Assembly (NCBI GenBank): GCA_963676515.1
Contig: OY781061.1
Span: 505,520-537,519 of the forward strand
Reading direction: 5' to 3'
DNA length: 32,000 nt
From: Candidatus Cloacimonadota bacterium
Lineage (GTDB): Bacteria > Cloacimonadota > Cloacimonadia > G963667145
Part shown: positions 1-8,544 of the stretch, piece by piece
How positions within the stretch are numbered: the first letter of the stretch is position 1
Layout: every line of letters begins with the position of its first letter
Notes under the pieces: model-generated
The model's input: only the letters and a program-made list of their open reading frames with translations
Databases searched by the model: none
What the model was told of the DNA's origin: nothing
Made by a program: the position numbers and the translations under genes

Positions 1-278
1 TTCTCAATTTTGCTGTCCAATCCAACATCTTCGGCTCTTTTTTGCACAATATCCAGCATCGCTTTTTGCAAATCAAGAGCAAAAACTTTGCCCCTATCAC
101 CAACCATTTTAGCCAGTGGCAAGGTGAAATAACCAGGTCCACAACCAATTTCCAAAACTTTGTCGCCACTTCGCACATAAGAAGCAAACATCTTTTTCGG
201 GTTGTGAACTAACTTGCGAATTTTGCTTAACAAGAATCCAGATTTTTCTACTGGACACACCCTTTTTTCGTTTTTCAT
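1..278 (-). CDS. Class I SAM-dependent methyltransferase, N-terminal part (runs off the window edge)
   Basis: Manual reverse translation gives MKNEKRVCPVEKSGFLLSKIRKLVHNPKKMFASYVRSGDKVLEIGCGPGYFTLPLAKMVGDRGKVFALDLQKAMLDIVQKRAEDVGLDSKIE. It contains the motif I signature LEIGCGPG. Its ATG (276-278) overlaps the TAA stop of the upstream exporter gene (TAATG), so it is the last gene of that operon. Confidence 0.75.
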   Translation of the reverse strand, partial: MKNEKRVCPVEKSGFLLSKIRKLVHNPKKMFASYVRSGDKVLEIGCGPGYFTLPLAKMVGDRGKVFALDLQKAMLDIVQKRAEDVGLDSKIE

Positions 279-2626
279 TATACTTTTCCTCTTTCAACCA
301 CTTTTTGGGGACCAAAGGGCTGGAGCATCCTGATCAAAACGGGAGTGATGAAAAAATCGGATAACAAGGCTGAGCTGATACCGATCATCGCTAAGATTCC
401 CATACTACGCAAAACTTCCGCCTGCGACACTAAGTACACGGAGTAGTTGAGGATCAGCACCAGAGATGTCATCACCAGAGCCACACCGATGGATGCAAAG
501 CAGTCCGAGGAAGCTCTTTTGTAGCTACCGGTCTTCTGATAATAGAGCTTATAGTGATTGATGAAGTGAATGGTATCGTCCACGGCAAGTCCCAGTACCA
601 TCGGCATAATCGTCACCGTGATCATATCCAGAGGTATATCCAGATAGCCCATCGCTCCACCTGCTAGCAGGGCTGGAGTAATGTTGGGAATCATCCCAAT
701 GAGTCCGATGCGGATACCACCAAAAGCGAGCATCAAAATTATCGCTATTATCACCAAAGCTAGCAAAAATGAGTAAATCTGTCCCCAAGTAACCCGCTCT
801 GCCATGGCGATCATCTTCGCCATCGTACCCACTTCTTGGATTTTGGCGGTAGGAAATAGCTCCGCCGCTTTCTTCTTAATCTTAGCAATATCTTTGTCCG
901 CTAAACCTGTATCCATTTCCGAGAGTTCCACCTGGATGCGGTAGCGGCGATAGTCGTAATCTATCCAGCGAGTTGCTTCCTTGCCTCCAGAGTTCTCATA
1001 GAGCAAAAGCTCTTGTGCTATTGCACTTTTTGTGTCTGGGATGCGAAATTCGCTTTCTTTATCATCAAAAAGCACTTTATTCAAATCTTTGAGGATTTTC
1101 ACGATGGAGGTAACTCTTTTGGTCAAGAGAGTCTCCGATTGGATGAACGAAACCAGTTTGTCCAACTTCCTCATATTCTCTGGCTCTTTCACAGATCCGT
1201 TTTCGGGAAATTCTATGATAATGTTGTAAGAGTTCAGCGACCCTATCTGCGATCTAGCAACTTTCATTATTCTTTTCACATAAGGAACTTCCGCTCCCAC
1301 AGTGTCTTCGGCATCAAAAGATATACGAAACAATGAAAAGCCAAAACAGCCCAGCAAAGTTATGAGGATGTAGAAAAAGATTATTTTTTTGCTGTTACCA
1401 AATATCCAATCGCTAAGTTGCCTTAGCCAACCAGTTGCCCACCGCAGATGTGCTACCGTCTCTGCCAAATTTGCTTGCTTGTCTTTACCAAAAGAGAAGA
1501 GAATCGGTGTAAGGCTCAGCACCAAAAGAAAGCTGACCAAGACGATGGCAGCCGAGGTCAAGCCTATCCATTGCAAGATTGGCGAGGAGATAAAAATGAA
1601 AGAGCAAAGTGCCAAAACCGTGGTCAACGCCGTGAAGAGAATAGGCCAGCCCGTTTCTTTTAGTGCATAATAAACGGACTCTTTGCGTTTACCTGTTTCG
1701 GCAAATTCAGTCTTAAAAAAGTTGAAGAAGTGGATGTTGTAACCCACCGCCACAGCAAGTCCCAAGAAAATAGGCATCGTTACCACCGTAGGGTCGAAAG
1801 TTAGCCCCAAATGCCCTTGCAACCCAAAAACCAGCATCAGTCCGAAGACGATAGTCAAAAAGGGAACGAGCATCCCACGCAAAGAGCGAAATGCGAACAA
1901 AAGAATAATGAAAACTACCAAGAAAGAGAACTTCATCACTCGGGGAACTTCCGATGCAAAGAAGTCAGTTTTCCCATACATTACCACTGGTATACCCGTA
2001 GCTTTGGGGTTCAGCTGAGCGTAGGCTGGATTTCGGGATATATCTAGCACCGCCTTGCCTATGTGCAAAGAAGCGTCGTCATCCTCTTTGTCATACCTGA
2101 GTAGTCGCAAGATTATCCATGCTTCTTTACTGTCTGGGCTTATCAGTTGCCCTTTTATTAGCTCTTTGGAAAGAGCCTTAGTGCGTAACTCTTCCAGAGC
2201 TTGCTTGTCCGTAGGAATCTCCTCGGGTATCAGATCCTCTATCACCATACCCCAGTCTGTGCCTTGGCTAAACTCCAATGCGGTGATGCTCAAAACATCA
2301 TCGGCATAAGGGACTTTGTCTTCTAGCTCATATCCCATTTGTCTTATTAACTGTAAATTCTCTTGCGTGAAAACATCGTCACAGCTGATATGCACAGCCG
2401 CCATCTCCGTATTGCCAAAAATCGCCTCCATCTGGTTTTGATCGACGATAGTTTTATCCTCATCACCAAACCAGTTGTCTTCGTCCGAAGATTTCTTTAG
2501 GTGTGGCAAGCCAAAAGCCGTGACCACCAAAAGAGCCAGCAAGCAAAAAAGATACACCCATCTGCGTTTTACGATCCAGTTACCATAGCGGTAAAACCAA
2601 CTATTTATCTTGAGCAAATCTAACAT
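278..2626 (-). CDS. MMPL/RND-superfamily membrane exporter (about 12 TM helices, two large periplasmic loops)
   Basis: 782 aa ORF. It has an N-terminal TM helix, a large soluble loop, a block of 5 hydrophobic helices (GIPVVMYGKTDFFASEV...), a second loop and a second 5-6 helix block ending in VDDTIHFINHY. This is the typical MMPL / predicted RND exporter layout. Confidence 0.85.
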   Translation of the reverse strand: MLDLLKINSWFYRYGNWIVKRRWVYLFCLLALLVVTAFGLPHLKKSSDEDNWFGDEDKTIVDQNQMEAIFGNTEMAAVHISCDDVFTQENLQLIRQMGYELEDKVPYADDVLSITALEFSQGTDWGMVIEDLIPEEIPTDKQALEELRTKALSKELIKGQLISPDSKEAWIILRLLRYDKEDDDASLHIGKAVLDISRNPAYAQLNPKATGIPVVMYGKTDFFASEVPRVMKFSFLVVFIILLFAFRSLRGMLVPFLTIVFGLMLVFGLQGHLGLTFDPTVVTMPIFLGLAVAVGYNIHFFNFFKTEFAETGKRKESVYYALKETGWPILFTALTTVLALCSFIFISSPILQWIGLTSAAIVLVSFLLVLSLTPILFSFGKDKQANLAETVAHLRWATGWLRQLSDWIFGNSKKIIFFYILITLLGCFGFSLFRISFDAEDTVGAEVPYVKRIMKVARSQIGSLNSYNIIIEFPENGSVKEPENMRKLDKLVSFIQSETLLTKRVTSIVKILKDLNKVLFDDKESEFRIPDTKSAIAQELLLYENSGGKEATRWIDYDYRRYRIQVELSEMDTGLADKDIAKIKKKAAELFPTAKIQEVGTMAKMIAMAERVTWGQIYSFLLALVIIAIILMLAFGGIRIGLIGMIPNITPALLAGGAMGYLDIPLDMITVTIMPMVLGLAVDDTIHFINHYKLYYQKTGSYKRASSDCFASIGVALVMTSLVLILNYSVYLVSQAEVLRSMGILAMIGISSALLSDFFITPVLIRMLQPFGPQKVVERGKV

Positions 2627-2641
2627 TTTATCTCCTATTCT

Positions 2642-3796
2642 TTAAAAAGAGTATTCCGCTTTACACCACGCCATGGAGTTATCGGAAAATTTACCAAAAT
2701 TGCCTTGCTGGTCGCCGTCGTAATAGTCGTAACCTAGCAAAATGTGCAGCCCTTGACTGCAATCGTAGTCGCCACTAAATTTACAAAAAATATCTTGCCG
2801 AGCAAGGCTATTCACCGCTTGAGCAGTAAATTCTAACTGCTGACGAAAAACTTTCTTCTTGAGCGTGAGGGTCAGCAAGCTCTCCGACTCATCCCTTTGC
2901 ACATCGACAGAGTAGTCGCAAACCAAATCGGCTGTTAGCTGAGCTGTAATAGTCCAGTCGTTCCCCGGATAGCAGTCTATCCCCAGCAATCCATCCAGCC
3001 ACGGCTTCTCTACCGTTCCTCCAGCAAAAAACTTCCGCTGGTAATAAGCAGACTCCAGACGATACACAAAAGAGCCTTGTGCTGCGGAAGCTTCCACGCC
3101 TACATAGCCAGTTCGCTTGTAGTCTATCACCAAGTCACCTGCCGAGAAACTTTGCACAGGCAACCAGAAATAGTAGCCACTCACTGCAAAATCAACCGCT
3201 CCCAAGTTTTTACCCAACCTGCCTGCTATTTGGGCAGATTCTAGCGTCTTCTCGGGCAAATCGTGCTCCACACCCTTATAACCAATAACATTCCACAAAG
3301 AGTCCGCCAATGGGTACTCTGCTCTGGTCATGTACGGCAGATAGATGATGTCGAGGTCAAAATAATCGGGAGAGTAGCTGAACTTGCATGCATCCACCGC
3401 TAGGCGACTGTCTTGCAAATCTTGGCTGAGTCCCAGCGAAAAGTCTTGCGAGCAGATAATGTCCGTGATACGCAGTCCGTCGGCTTTCCCCCAAGCGATG
3501 ATCTGGCGACCAATCCTCACATCCCAAGAGTCGGCAAAGTAATCGAAATAAGCTTCCTTGAGTTCAAAACTGCTCTGGTCTGTATTATTATCACGCATCG
3601 CCTTCAAGCTAGAAAAGAAGTAGGTGCTTTGCTTGTCTTGGCTCAGTTCCAGCAAAAGCCAGTTCTTATCCAGCAAACTTTGCTGCTCGCCTTGACTCTG
3701 CCAGCCGTGATGCGAAGCAACTTTACCTGCCACATCTAGGGCAAAAATTTGCCAGCAAAAAAAAGTGAGCATTAATAGAAAAAGTTTTTTCATCAA
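2642..3796 (-). CDS. Outer-membrane beta-barrel protein (DUF1302-like)
   Basis: 384 aa. Signal peptide MMKKLFLLMLTFFCWQIFA, the motif RIGRQIIAWGKADGLRITD typical of DUF1302-type barrels, alternating hydrophobic pattern, and a C-terminal aromatic end ...KAEYSF. Its start overlaps the upstream gene's stop (ATGA). Confidence 0.65.
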   Translation of the reverse strand: MMKKLFLLMLTFFCWQIFALDVAGKVASHHGWQSQGEQQSLLDKNWLLLELSQDKQSTYFFSSLKAMRDNNTDQSSFELKEAYFDYFADSWDVRIGRQIIAWGKADGLRITDIICSQDFSLGLSQDLQDSRLAVDACKFSYSPDYFDLDIIYLPYMTRAEYPLADSLWNVIGYKGVEHDLPEKTLESAQIAGRLGKNLGAVDFAVSGYYFWLPVQSFSAGDLVIDYKRTGYVGVEASAAQGSFVYRLESAYYQRKFFAGGTVEKPWLDGLLGIDCYPGNDWTITAQLTADLVCDYSVDVQRDESESLLTLTLKKKVFRQQLEFTAQAVNSLARQDIFCKFSGDYDCSQGLHILLGYDYYDGDQQGNFGKFSDNSMAWCKAEYSF

Positions 3797-4557
3797 AACT
3801 TACCTCTTTTAAGATTTGCAACTTTGAAAATTCTATCAGACACCTCTTGGTTATATTTCACCGATTGTATTTCCAGCAATGTCGTGTGTTTCTCCTGCTC
3901 ATTGTCCATAAAGCGAGAAAACGCTGTCCAGATACCGTCGATTTTTTGGAAATTACTGGCTGTCATCCTCTTCAAAAATCTACCTCTTTTATCGTAAAAC
4001 TCACCTTTTACCACCAGCAAATAATCTTTACTCACCCACTTCACCACTTTGGAGTACTGGTACCCTTCCTCTTTGGGAGTAGACTCCACCACCCAGCAAT
4101 CCGTGTCAGCAAACTTCTCCTCTTGCAGAAGTTTATGCGTATCTTCCTCTGGCTCTCTTTGTCCCATATCGTCATAGGTAAAATCTGTCCCCATAAAGTA
4201 GTCGCTCGTGCTAGAAGAAGCTATCCGCCTTACTTTCCGCAATGCTGGCATATATAGCCATTTGTCGTCATCTTTCGTAGCGTCATCGTACGACCAGTTC
4301 AAAAAAGCTGTCCCCGCAACATCGGCAGGTTGCAAAAACACAAACAGCGATTTCTCATCTTGCCCAAAATCTTTACGAATCATCTTCGTCTGCCTCTCCC
4401 TTGTTCTGCCTTGTCTATTGGTCAGCACCATCTTACTTTCGGAAACCATCGTCTTCCCATCGTCTCTTGCGTCCACTTGCTCCATTATCTCCAATCCCGT
4501 GATCGAAAACAGGCTACTCCCAACCGCTAAAACTATAAATACAAATAAACTTCTCAT
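3793..4557 (-). CDS. LolA-like outer-membrane lipoprotein-sorting family protein
   Basis: 254 aa with a signal peptide. The motif WLYMPALRKVRRIASSSTSDYFMGTDFTYDDM matches the conserved core of the LolA_like family, which usually sits next to DUF1302 proteins and RND exporters. Confidence 0.75.
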   Translation of the reverse strand: MRSLFVFIVLAVGSSLFSITGLEIMEQVDARDDGKTMVSESKMVLTNRQGRTRERQTKMIRKDFGQDEKSLFVFLQPADVAGTAFLNWSYDDATKDDDKWLYMPALRKVRRIASSSTSDYFMGTDFTYDDMGQREPEEDTHKLLQEEKFADTDCWVVESTPKEEGYQYSKVVKWVSKDYLLVVKGEFYDKRGRFLKRMTASNFQKIDGIWTAFSRFMDNEQEKHTTLLEIQSVKYNQEVSDRIFKVANLKRGKF

Positions 4558-4581
4558 TTTAAAACCGCCTTTAAATATTTT

Positions 4582-4608
4582 TGAACACTGTTTACTGAAC
4601 AGCGTTCA
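4582..4608. promoter_or_regulatory. Imperfect palindrome TGAACACTGTT-N5-AACAGCGTTCA, 25 nt upstream of the LolA-like start; candidate operator or 5' UTR hairpin
   Basis: The arms match 10 of 11 as reverse complements, read directly from the sequence. The site lies immediately upstream of the first gene of the minus-strand exporter operon. Confidence 0.35.
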
Positions 4609-4613
4609 TTGTC

Positions 4614-4640
4614 AAGGAGCAAAATGTTTTTTTGCTCCTT
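4614..4640. other. Strong 11 bp hairpin AAGGAGCAAAA-tgttt-TTTTGCTCCTT at the left edge of the noncoding region
   Basis: Perfect inverted repeat read from the sequence. Neither strand has a clean downstream U-tract, so a role as an intrinsic terminator is uncertain. Confidence 0.4.
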
Positions 4641-4799
4641 TCGCTTGCAACGACCAGACTGTCGCCCTTGGCTAGACGGTTTCGTCTTCTGTCAGATGAC
4701 TGGTTTACTAAATTTTCTCTCCTGACGGATGGTCTTACTTTTCCCTTTGGCTGACCAAAGCGAAAAGTAACAAAAGGTAAAATCAAAATACCAAATCAG

Positions 4800-5990
4800 T
4801 AAGCTAAATTCTAAACCTTCTTTACACGCTGAAAGGCTTGTGCTAGAAATCACAACTGTTTAATAGAGGTGATATAGCACATCGCTCTTCAGCGTAAACT
4901 CAGGGCGGCTAACGAATTTAACGCTTCCTGCTTTATGTATTTATTAGCCCAACCCTTCCTTGGGTTCCCGCTTCCGCGGGAATCCATTCTCTCACACTAT
5001 GCTAAAAACTACCACCAGACACTGTTTCCACTCAGCACGAGCTTTTTGTAGCCACCACCTGCCACAAGAAACCACCCAATAAAAACTTTAAGCAACTAGC
5101 ATACAATTACTTACGCCTTGCGGAGCTACGCTGGCGGCGACGAGCTATATCACCAAAAAGTGACAGATGTGATTCATAGCTCAAGACTGACAGCGTGCGA
5201 GGCGAGGCTTAGTAATTTTGCTAGGAGCTTAGGTTTTTTGACTTTTTCTTTCCTTCTACTTCTTTTTGGTCTGTCAAAAAGAAATAGAAAACCCTGCGTT
5301 AGCAGAGCCAACTAAATAAATAACCGACAGTGTCCGAAATAAAGTATGGCAGTCAATTAATTAACACATATACACTCCCAAGCTGGAGCTTGGGAGCGAG
5401 AAAAAACGCCAACCCATCCTTGGATTCCCGCTTCCGCGGGAATGAGGCGGATAAGGTGACTAAAGGGTTGGGTGATAACTCAAAGCCTGTGGTAAGCAGA
5501 GTCAGTGCTGGTGGATACTCAAAACTGGCAGTGGACGAAAGCAAACGCTTGTGAAGACACATAATTGTCTGTGGCACACGCCCGAGAGCTTCGCTGGCGT
5601 CGAGAGAGAATGCTGAGTAAGTCATTCAAGCCGAGGTTCGTAAACTTGTTTAAACGAATGAGCTAGTGGCTGTGCGACTTGGCTTAGGTCTCTTCTTTAG
5701 GCTGGCTTTAAAAGACTTTAAGCCTGAGTTACAGCCACCGTGAAGGTAGTTTTGCAAGTTAGAATCGAGGTTTATGACTTTGATTTTTTTTTGGCATTAC
5801 CTTTCTTTTTTATCACTAAAAGAAGAAAGGTAACATCCTGTGATAGCAAAAGTTAACGCCTTTCCAGCATCGTGTCAATGAATGGATTCCCGCTTCCGCT
5901 CAGGATGAGGATGGTGGTAACTCAAGACTGGTGGTAAATAGAAGCAAGGGCTAGTGGACAGTTTTCACCACAAGTGGCAAAGCCTAATTG
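4800..5990. repeat. Three degenerate tandem modules (period about 460 bp) of a hairpin-rich noncoding element
   Basis: The core TTCCCGC-TTCC-GCGGGAA recurs at 4965-4982 and 5425-5442, with a decayed copy at 5887-5900. The flanks are shared: AACCC(T/A)TCCTTGG upstream; GAGCT(A/T)CGCTGGCG at 5124 and 5586; A(C/T)CCTG(C/T)G(T/A)TAGCA at 5291 and 5835; GGTG(A/G)TAACTCAA at 5471 and 5913. There is no credible ORF. Confidence 0.65.
5409..5471. repeat. Best-preserved copy of the nested hairpin core
   Basis: Three nested stems can be drawn. These are CCAACCC (5409-5415) with GGGTTGG (5465-5471), ATCC with GGAT, and ATTCCCGC with GCGGGAAT closed by a TTCC loop. Confidence 0.55.
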
Positions 5991-6025
5991 AAAAGATAAA
6001 ATTATTGTCACACATAGTAAAAATG

Positions 6026-6062
6026 AATAAAAAAAGCCGCCCTTTGTTTAAAAAAGGACGGC
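6026..6062 (-). terminator. Rho-independent terminator of the permease gene
   Basis: On the minus strand, GCCGTCC - 13 nt loop - GGGCGGC is followed by TTTTTTTATT. It lies 24 nt downstream of the permease stop. Confidence 0.75.
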
Positions 6063-6085
6063 TCAATTACAAATCTAAATAAGTA

Positions 6086-7372
6086 TTACATGAAGAACTT
6101 GCCGATGAAAATCAAGGCAACGATGTAAGTAACAACACTAACTTCTTTAGCTCTACCTGAGCAAAGTTTCAATGCTGTGTAAGAGATGATACCAAAAGCA
6201 ATACCCTCAGAGATAGAGTAAGTAAGTGGCATGATAATCATAGCCAAGAAAGCTGGAAGACCTTCGGTAAAATCTGCGAAATCCACTTTCAAAATCGGAG
6301 TAAGCATAAAAAGACCCACAACGATAAGAACAGGAGCTGTAGCAGCACCAGGCACCATTGTAATCAGTGGAGAGATGAAAAGAGAAAGCAAGAACAGACC
6401 AGAGATAACCAAAGCGGTAAGACCAGTACGACCACCCTCTTCTACACCAGCGGCTGACTCTACATAAGTAGTAACAGTACAAGTTCCAAGTAGTGCACCA
6501 ACTGTAGTACCTACAGCATCAGCAAAGAGAGCTTTCTTCACGCCTGGCAATTTGCCATCAGAATCAAGCATATTAGCTTTAGAAGCCACACCAACCAAAG
6601 TACCCACTGTATCAAACATATCTACGAACAAGAATGTGAACAACACGGTAGCCATATCAAGACTAAAAACATTGCTAAAATCAAGTTTGAAAAAGATAGG
6701 AGCAAGGCTAGCAGGAGCAGAGAAAATGCCATTAAATTTGGCAGCACCCAAAATAAGAGCCAAAACAGTAGAAGAAAGAATCCCTATCATCAAAGCACCT
6801 TTGACTTTTTTGTGATGCAATACGCCAATCACCAAAACACCAAACACGCAGATCAAAGGGTTGACTGAAAGCATATCTCCCAGTCCCAGCAATACAGCAG
6901 GATTGTCAACGACAATAGAAGCTCCTTGCAAACCGATGAAAGCGATGAAAAGCCCGATACCAGCAGAGATAGCGTATTTCAAGTTAATCGGAATACTATT
7001 GACAATCGCCTCACGCACATTGAGGAAAGTCAAGATCAAGAAGATCACACCTTCCAAAAAAACTGCTGTAAGAGCAAACTCCCAAGAGTAACCCATACCC
7101 AAAACCACTGTAAAAGCAAAAAAGGCGTTCAGCCCCATACCTGGTGCAAGACCAAAAGGCATGTTTGCATACAAAGCCATCACCAAAGTAGCTATAGCCG
7201 AAGACAAAGCTGTCGCAGTGATAAGCGCCCCAAAAGGCATACCTGTTTTTGACAAGATAATGGGATTCACAATAAGGATGTAACCCATAGTCAAAAAAGT
7301 GGTGATACCAGCAAGGATTTCTGTTTTTACAGTCGTTCCATGCTCACTAAGTTTAAAGAATTTTTCGAACAT
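6086..7372 (-). CDS. NCS2/AzgA-family purine (adenine/guanine/hypoxanthine) permease
   Basis: MFEKFFKLSEHGTTVKTEILAGITTFLTMGYILIVNPIILS... is the characteristic N-terminus of AzgA/PbuG-type permeases, followed by about 12 TM helices. I moved the start to the ATG at 7372 because AGGAGG lies 4 nt upstream. The ORF-track start at 7408 has no RBS. Confidence 0.85.
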   Translation of the reverse strand: MFEKFFKLSEHGTTVKTEILAGITTFLTMGYILIVNPIILSKTGMPFGALITATALSSAIATLVMALYANMPFGLAPGMGLNAFFAFTVVLGMGYSWEFALTAVFLEGVIFLILTFLNVREAIVNSIPINLKYAISAGIGLFIAFIGLQGASIVVDNPAVLLGLGDMLSVNPLICVFGVLVIGVLHHKKVKGALMIGILSSTVLALILGAAKFNGIFSAPASLAPIFFKLDFSNVFSLDMATVLFTFLFVDMFDTVGTLVGVASKANMLDSDGKLPGVKKALFADAVGTTVGALLGTCTVTTYVESAAGVEEGGRTGLTALVISGLFLLSLFISPLITMVPGAATAPVLIVVGLFMLTPILKVDFADFTEGLPAFLAMIIMPLTYSISEGIAFGIISYTALKLCSGRAKEVSVVTYIVALIFIGKFFM

Positions 7373-7509
7373 TCTTCCTCCTAAATATATAAAGTTTCCC
7401 CAAAACAAAAAGGAGCAAGTTTCAAGTCAAGATTTTTCTTTATTTTCTTGACTCATTACAAGCACTAAACGAATTAAGTAACAATAAAATTTAACTCAAG
7501 GAGAAAATT

Positions 7510-8424
7510 ATGAAAATACTTGTAGCAACACAAAAACCTTTCGCAGCAGCGGCTGTGAACAAACTCAAAGAAGCAGTTGCCAAATCAGAGCACGAGCTTG
7601 TCCTTTTCGAGAGCTATGCCGAGCAAGCAGATTTGGTAGGAGCGGTCAGCGACTGTGATGCACTGATCATCAGAAGCGACAAAGTGACCAAAGAAGTCAT
7701 AGACGCTGCAAAAAACCTGAAAATCGTCGTCCGCGGTGGAGCTGGATACGACAATGTAGATTGCGCTGCCGCCAGTGCAAAAGGCATCGTGGTAATGAAC
7801 ACTCCGGGGCAAAATTCCAATGCAGTAGCTGAGCTGGCTCTGGGAATGATGATAATGGCTGCTCGCGGATGCTACAACGGCAAGTCTGGTAGCGAACTCA
7901 AAGGAAAGACTTTGGGTATTCACGCTTACGGTAATATCGGTTGCATCGTAGCACGCCTAGCCAAAGGTTTTGGGATGAATGTTATCGCTCACGATCCTTT
8001 CGTAGACCAATGCAAAATCACAGACGGTTGTGGAGCTTGTGCCGAATCGGTAGAAGAGCTTTACTCCAAGGCGGATTATCTATCTTTGCACATCCCTGCC
8101 AATGACAAAACCAAAGGCTCTATCAACTACGAACTTTTGGCAAAAATGCCCAAGGGAGCATGCCTGGTGAACACAGCACGCAAAGAGGTAATAGACGAAG
8201 ACGGACTTTTGCAAAAAATGAGCGAAGATAAAGGGTTCAAATATATGACCGACATCGCTCCTGCTAATTTGGACAAATTCCAAGCTTTCACCGATCGCTT
8301 CTTCGCTTCTCCCAAAAAAATGGGTGCACAAACTGCCGAAGCTAATATCAACGCTGCTGTAGCGGCTGCCGAACAAATTATCGCTTTTCTCAAAGACGGC
8401 ACTAACACTTTCCAAGTAAACTAA
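7510..8424 (+). CDS. D-isomer-specific 2-hydroxyacid dehydrogenase (short 3-phosphoglycerate dehydrogenase-like)
   Basis: 304 aa. It has GGAGYDNVD, the NAD-binding GIHAYGNIGCIVA motif, then HDPF and a catalytic-domain pattern typical of the family. AAGGAG lies upstream of the ATG. Confidence 0.8.
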   Translation: MKILVATQKPFAAAAVNKLKEAVAKSEHELVLFESYAEQADLVGAVSDCDALIIRSDKVTKEVIDAAKNLKIVVRGGAGYDNVDCAAASAKGIVVMNTPGQNSNAVAELALGMMIMAARGCYNGKSGSELKGKTLGIHAYGNIGCIVARLAKGFGMNVIAHDPFVDQCKITDGCGACAESVEELYSKADYLSLHIPANDKTKGSINYELLAKMPKGACLVNTARKEVIDEDGLLQKMSEDKGFKYMTDIAPANLDKFQAFTDRFFASPKKMGAQTAEANINAAVAAAEQIIAFLKDGTNTFQVN

Positions 8425-8447
8425 AATTACAAATAGCGAATTCAAAA

Positions 8448-8502
8448 GAAGGCAGGAAATATATCTCTTGTTTAGAGCATGTTCCCCTGCCTTCATTTTT
8501 TC
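8448..8502 (+). terminator. Possible terminator after the dehydrogenase gene
   Basis: GAAGGCAGG (8448-8456) pairs with CCTGCCTTC (8486-8494) and is followed by ATTTTTTC. The 29 nt loop is long for an intrinsic terminator. Confidence 0.4.
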
Positions 8503-8544
8503 TTTAATCCTTATCACTTTCGCTCAATATTTGATGTCTTCAAG

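Noticed and set aside
4592-5625. ORFs of 64-90 aa inside the noncoding island (4592-4786 -, 5118-5315 +, 5330-5554 +, 5353-5625 -)
   Set aside because: They overlap one another on opposite strands, lack ribosome-binding sites, translate the repeat and hairpin sequences (for example DSRFRGNE), and have no recognisable motifs.
4800-5990. Possible CRISPR array, because a palindromic core recurs three times
   Set aside because: The period is about 460 bp rather than 60-75 bp, the copies are degenerate, the flanks are homologous too (so there are no unique spacers), and no cas genes are in the window.
7373-7509. Purine riboswitch upstream of the purine permease
   Set aside because: The space between the RBS and the divergent gene is only about 135 nt. 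It lacks the conserved purine-riboswitch loop sequences and three-way junction.
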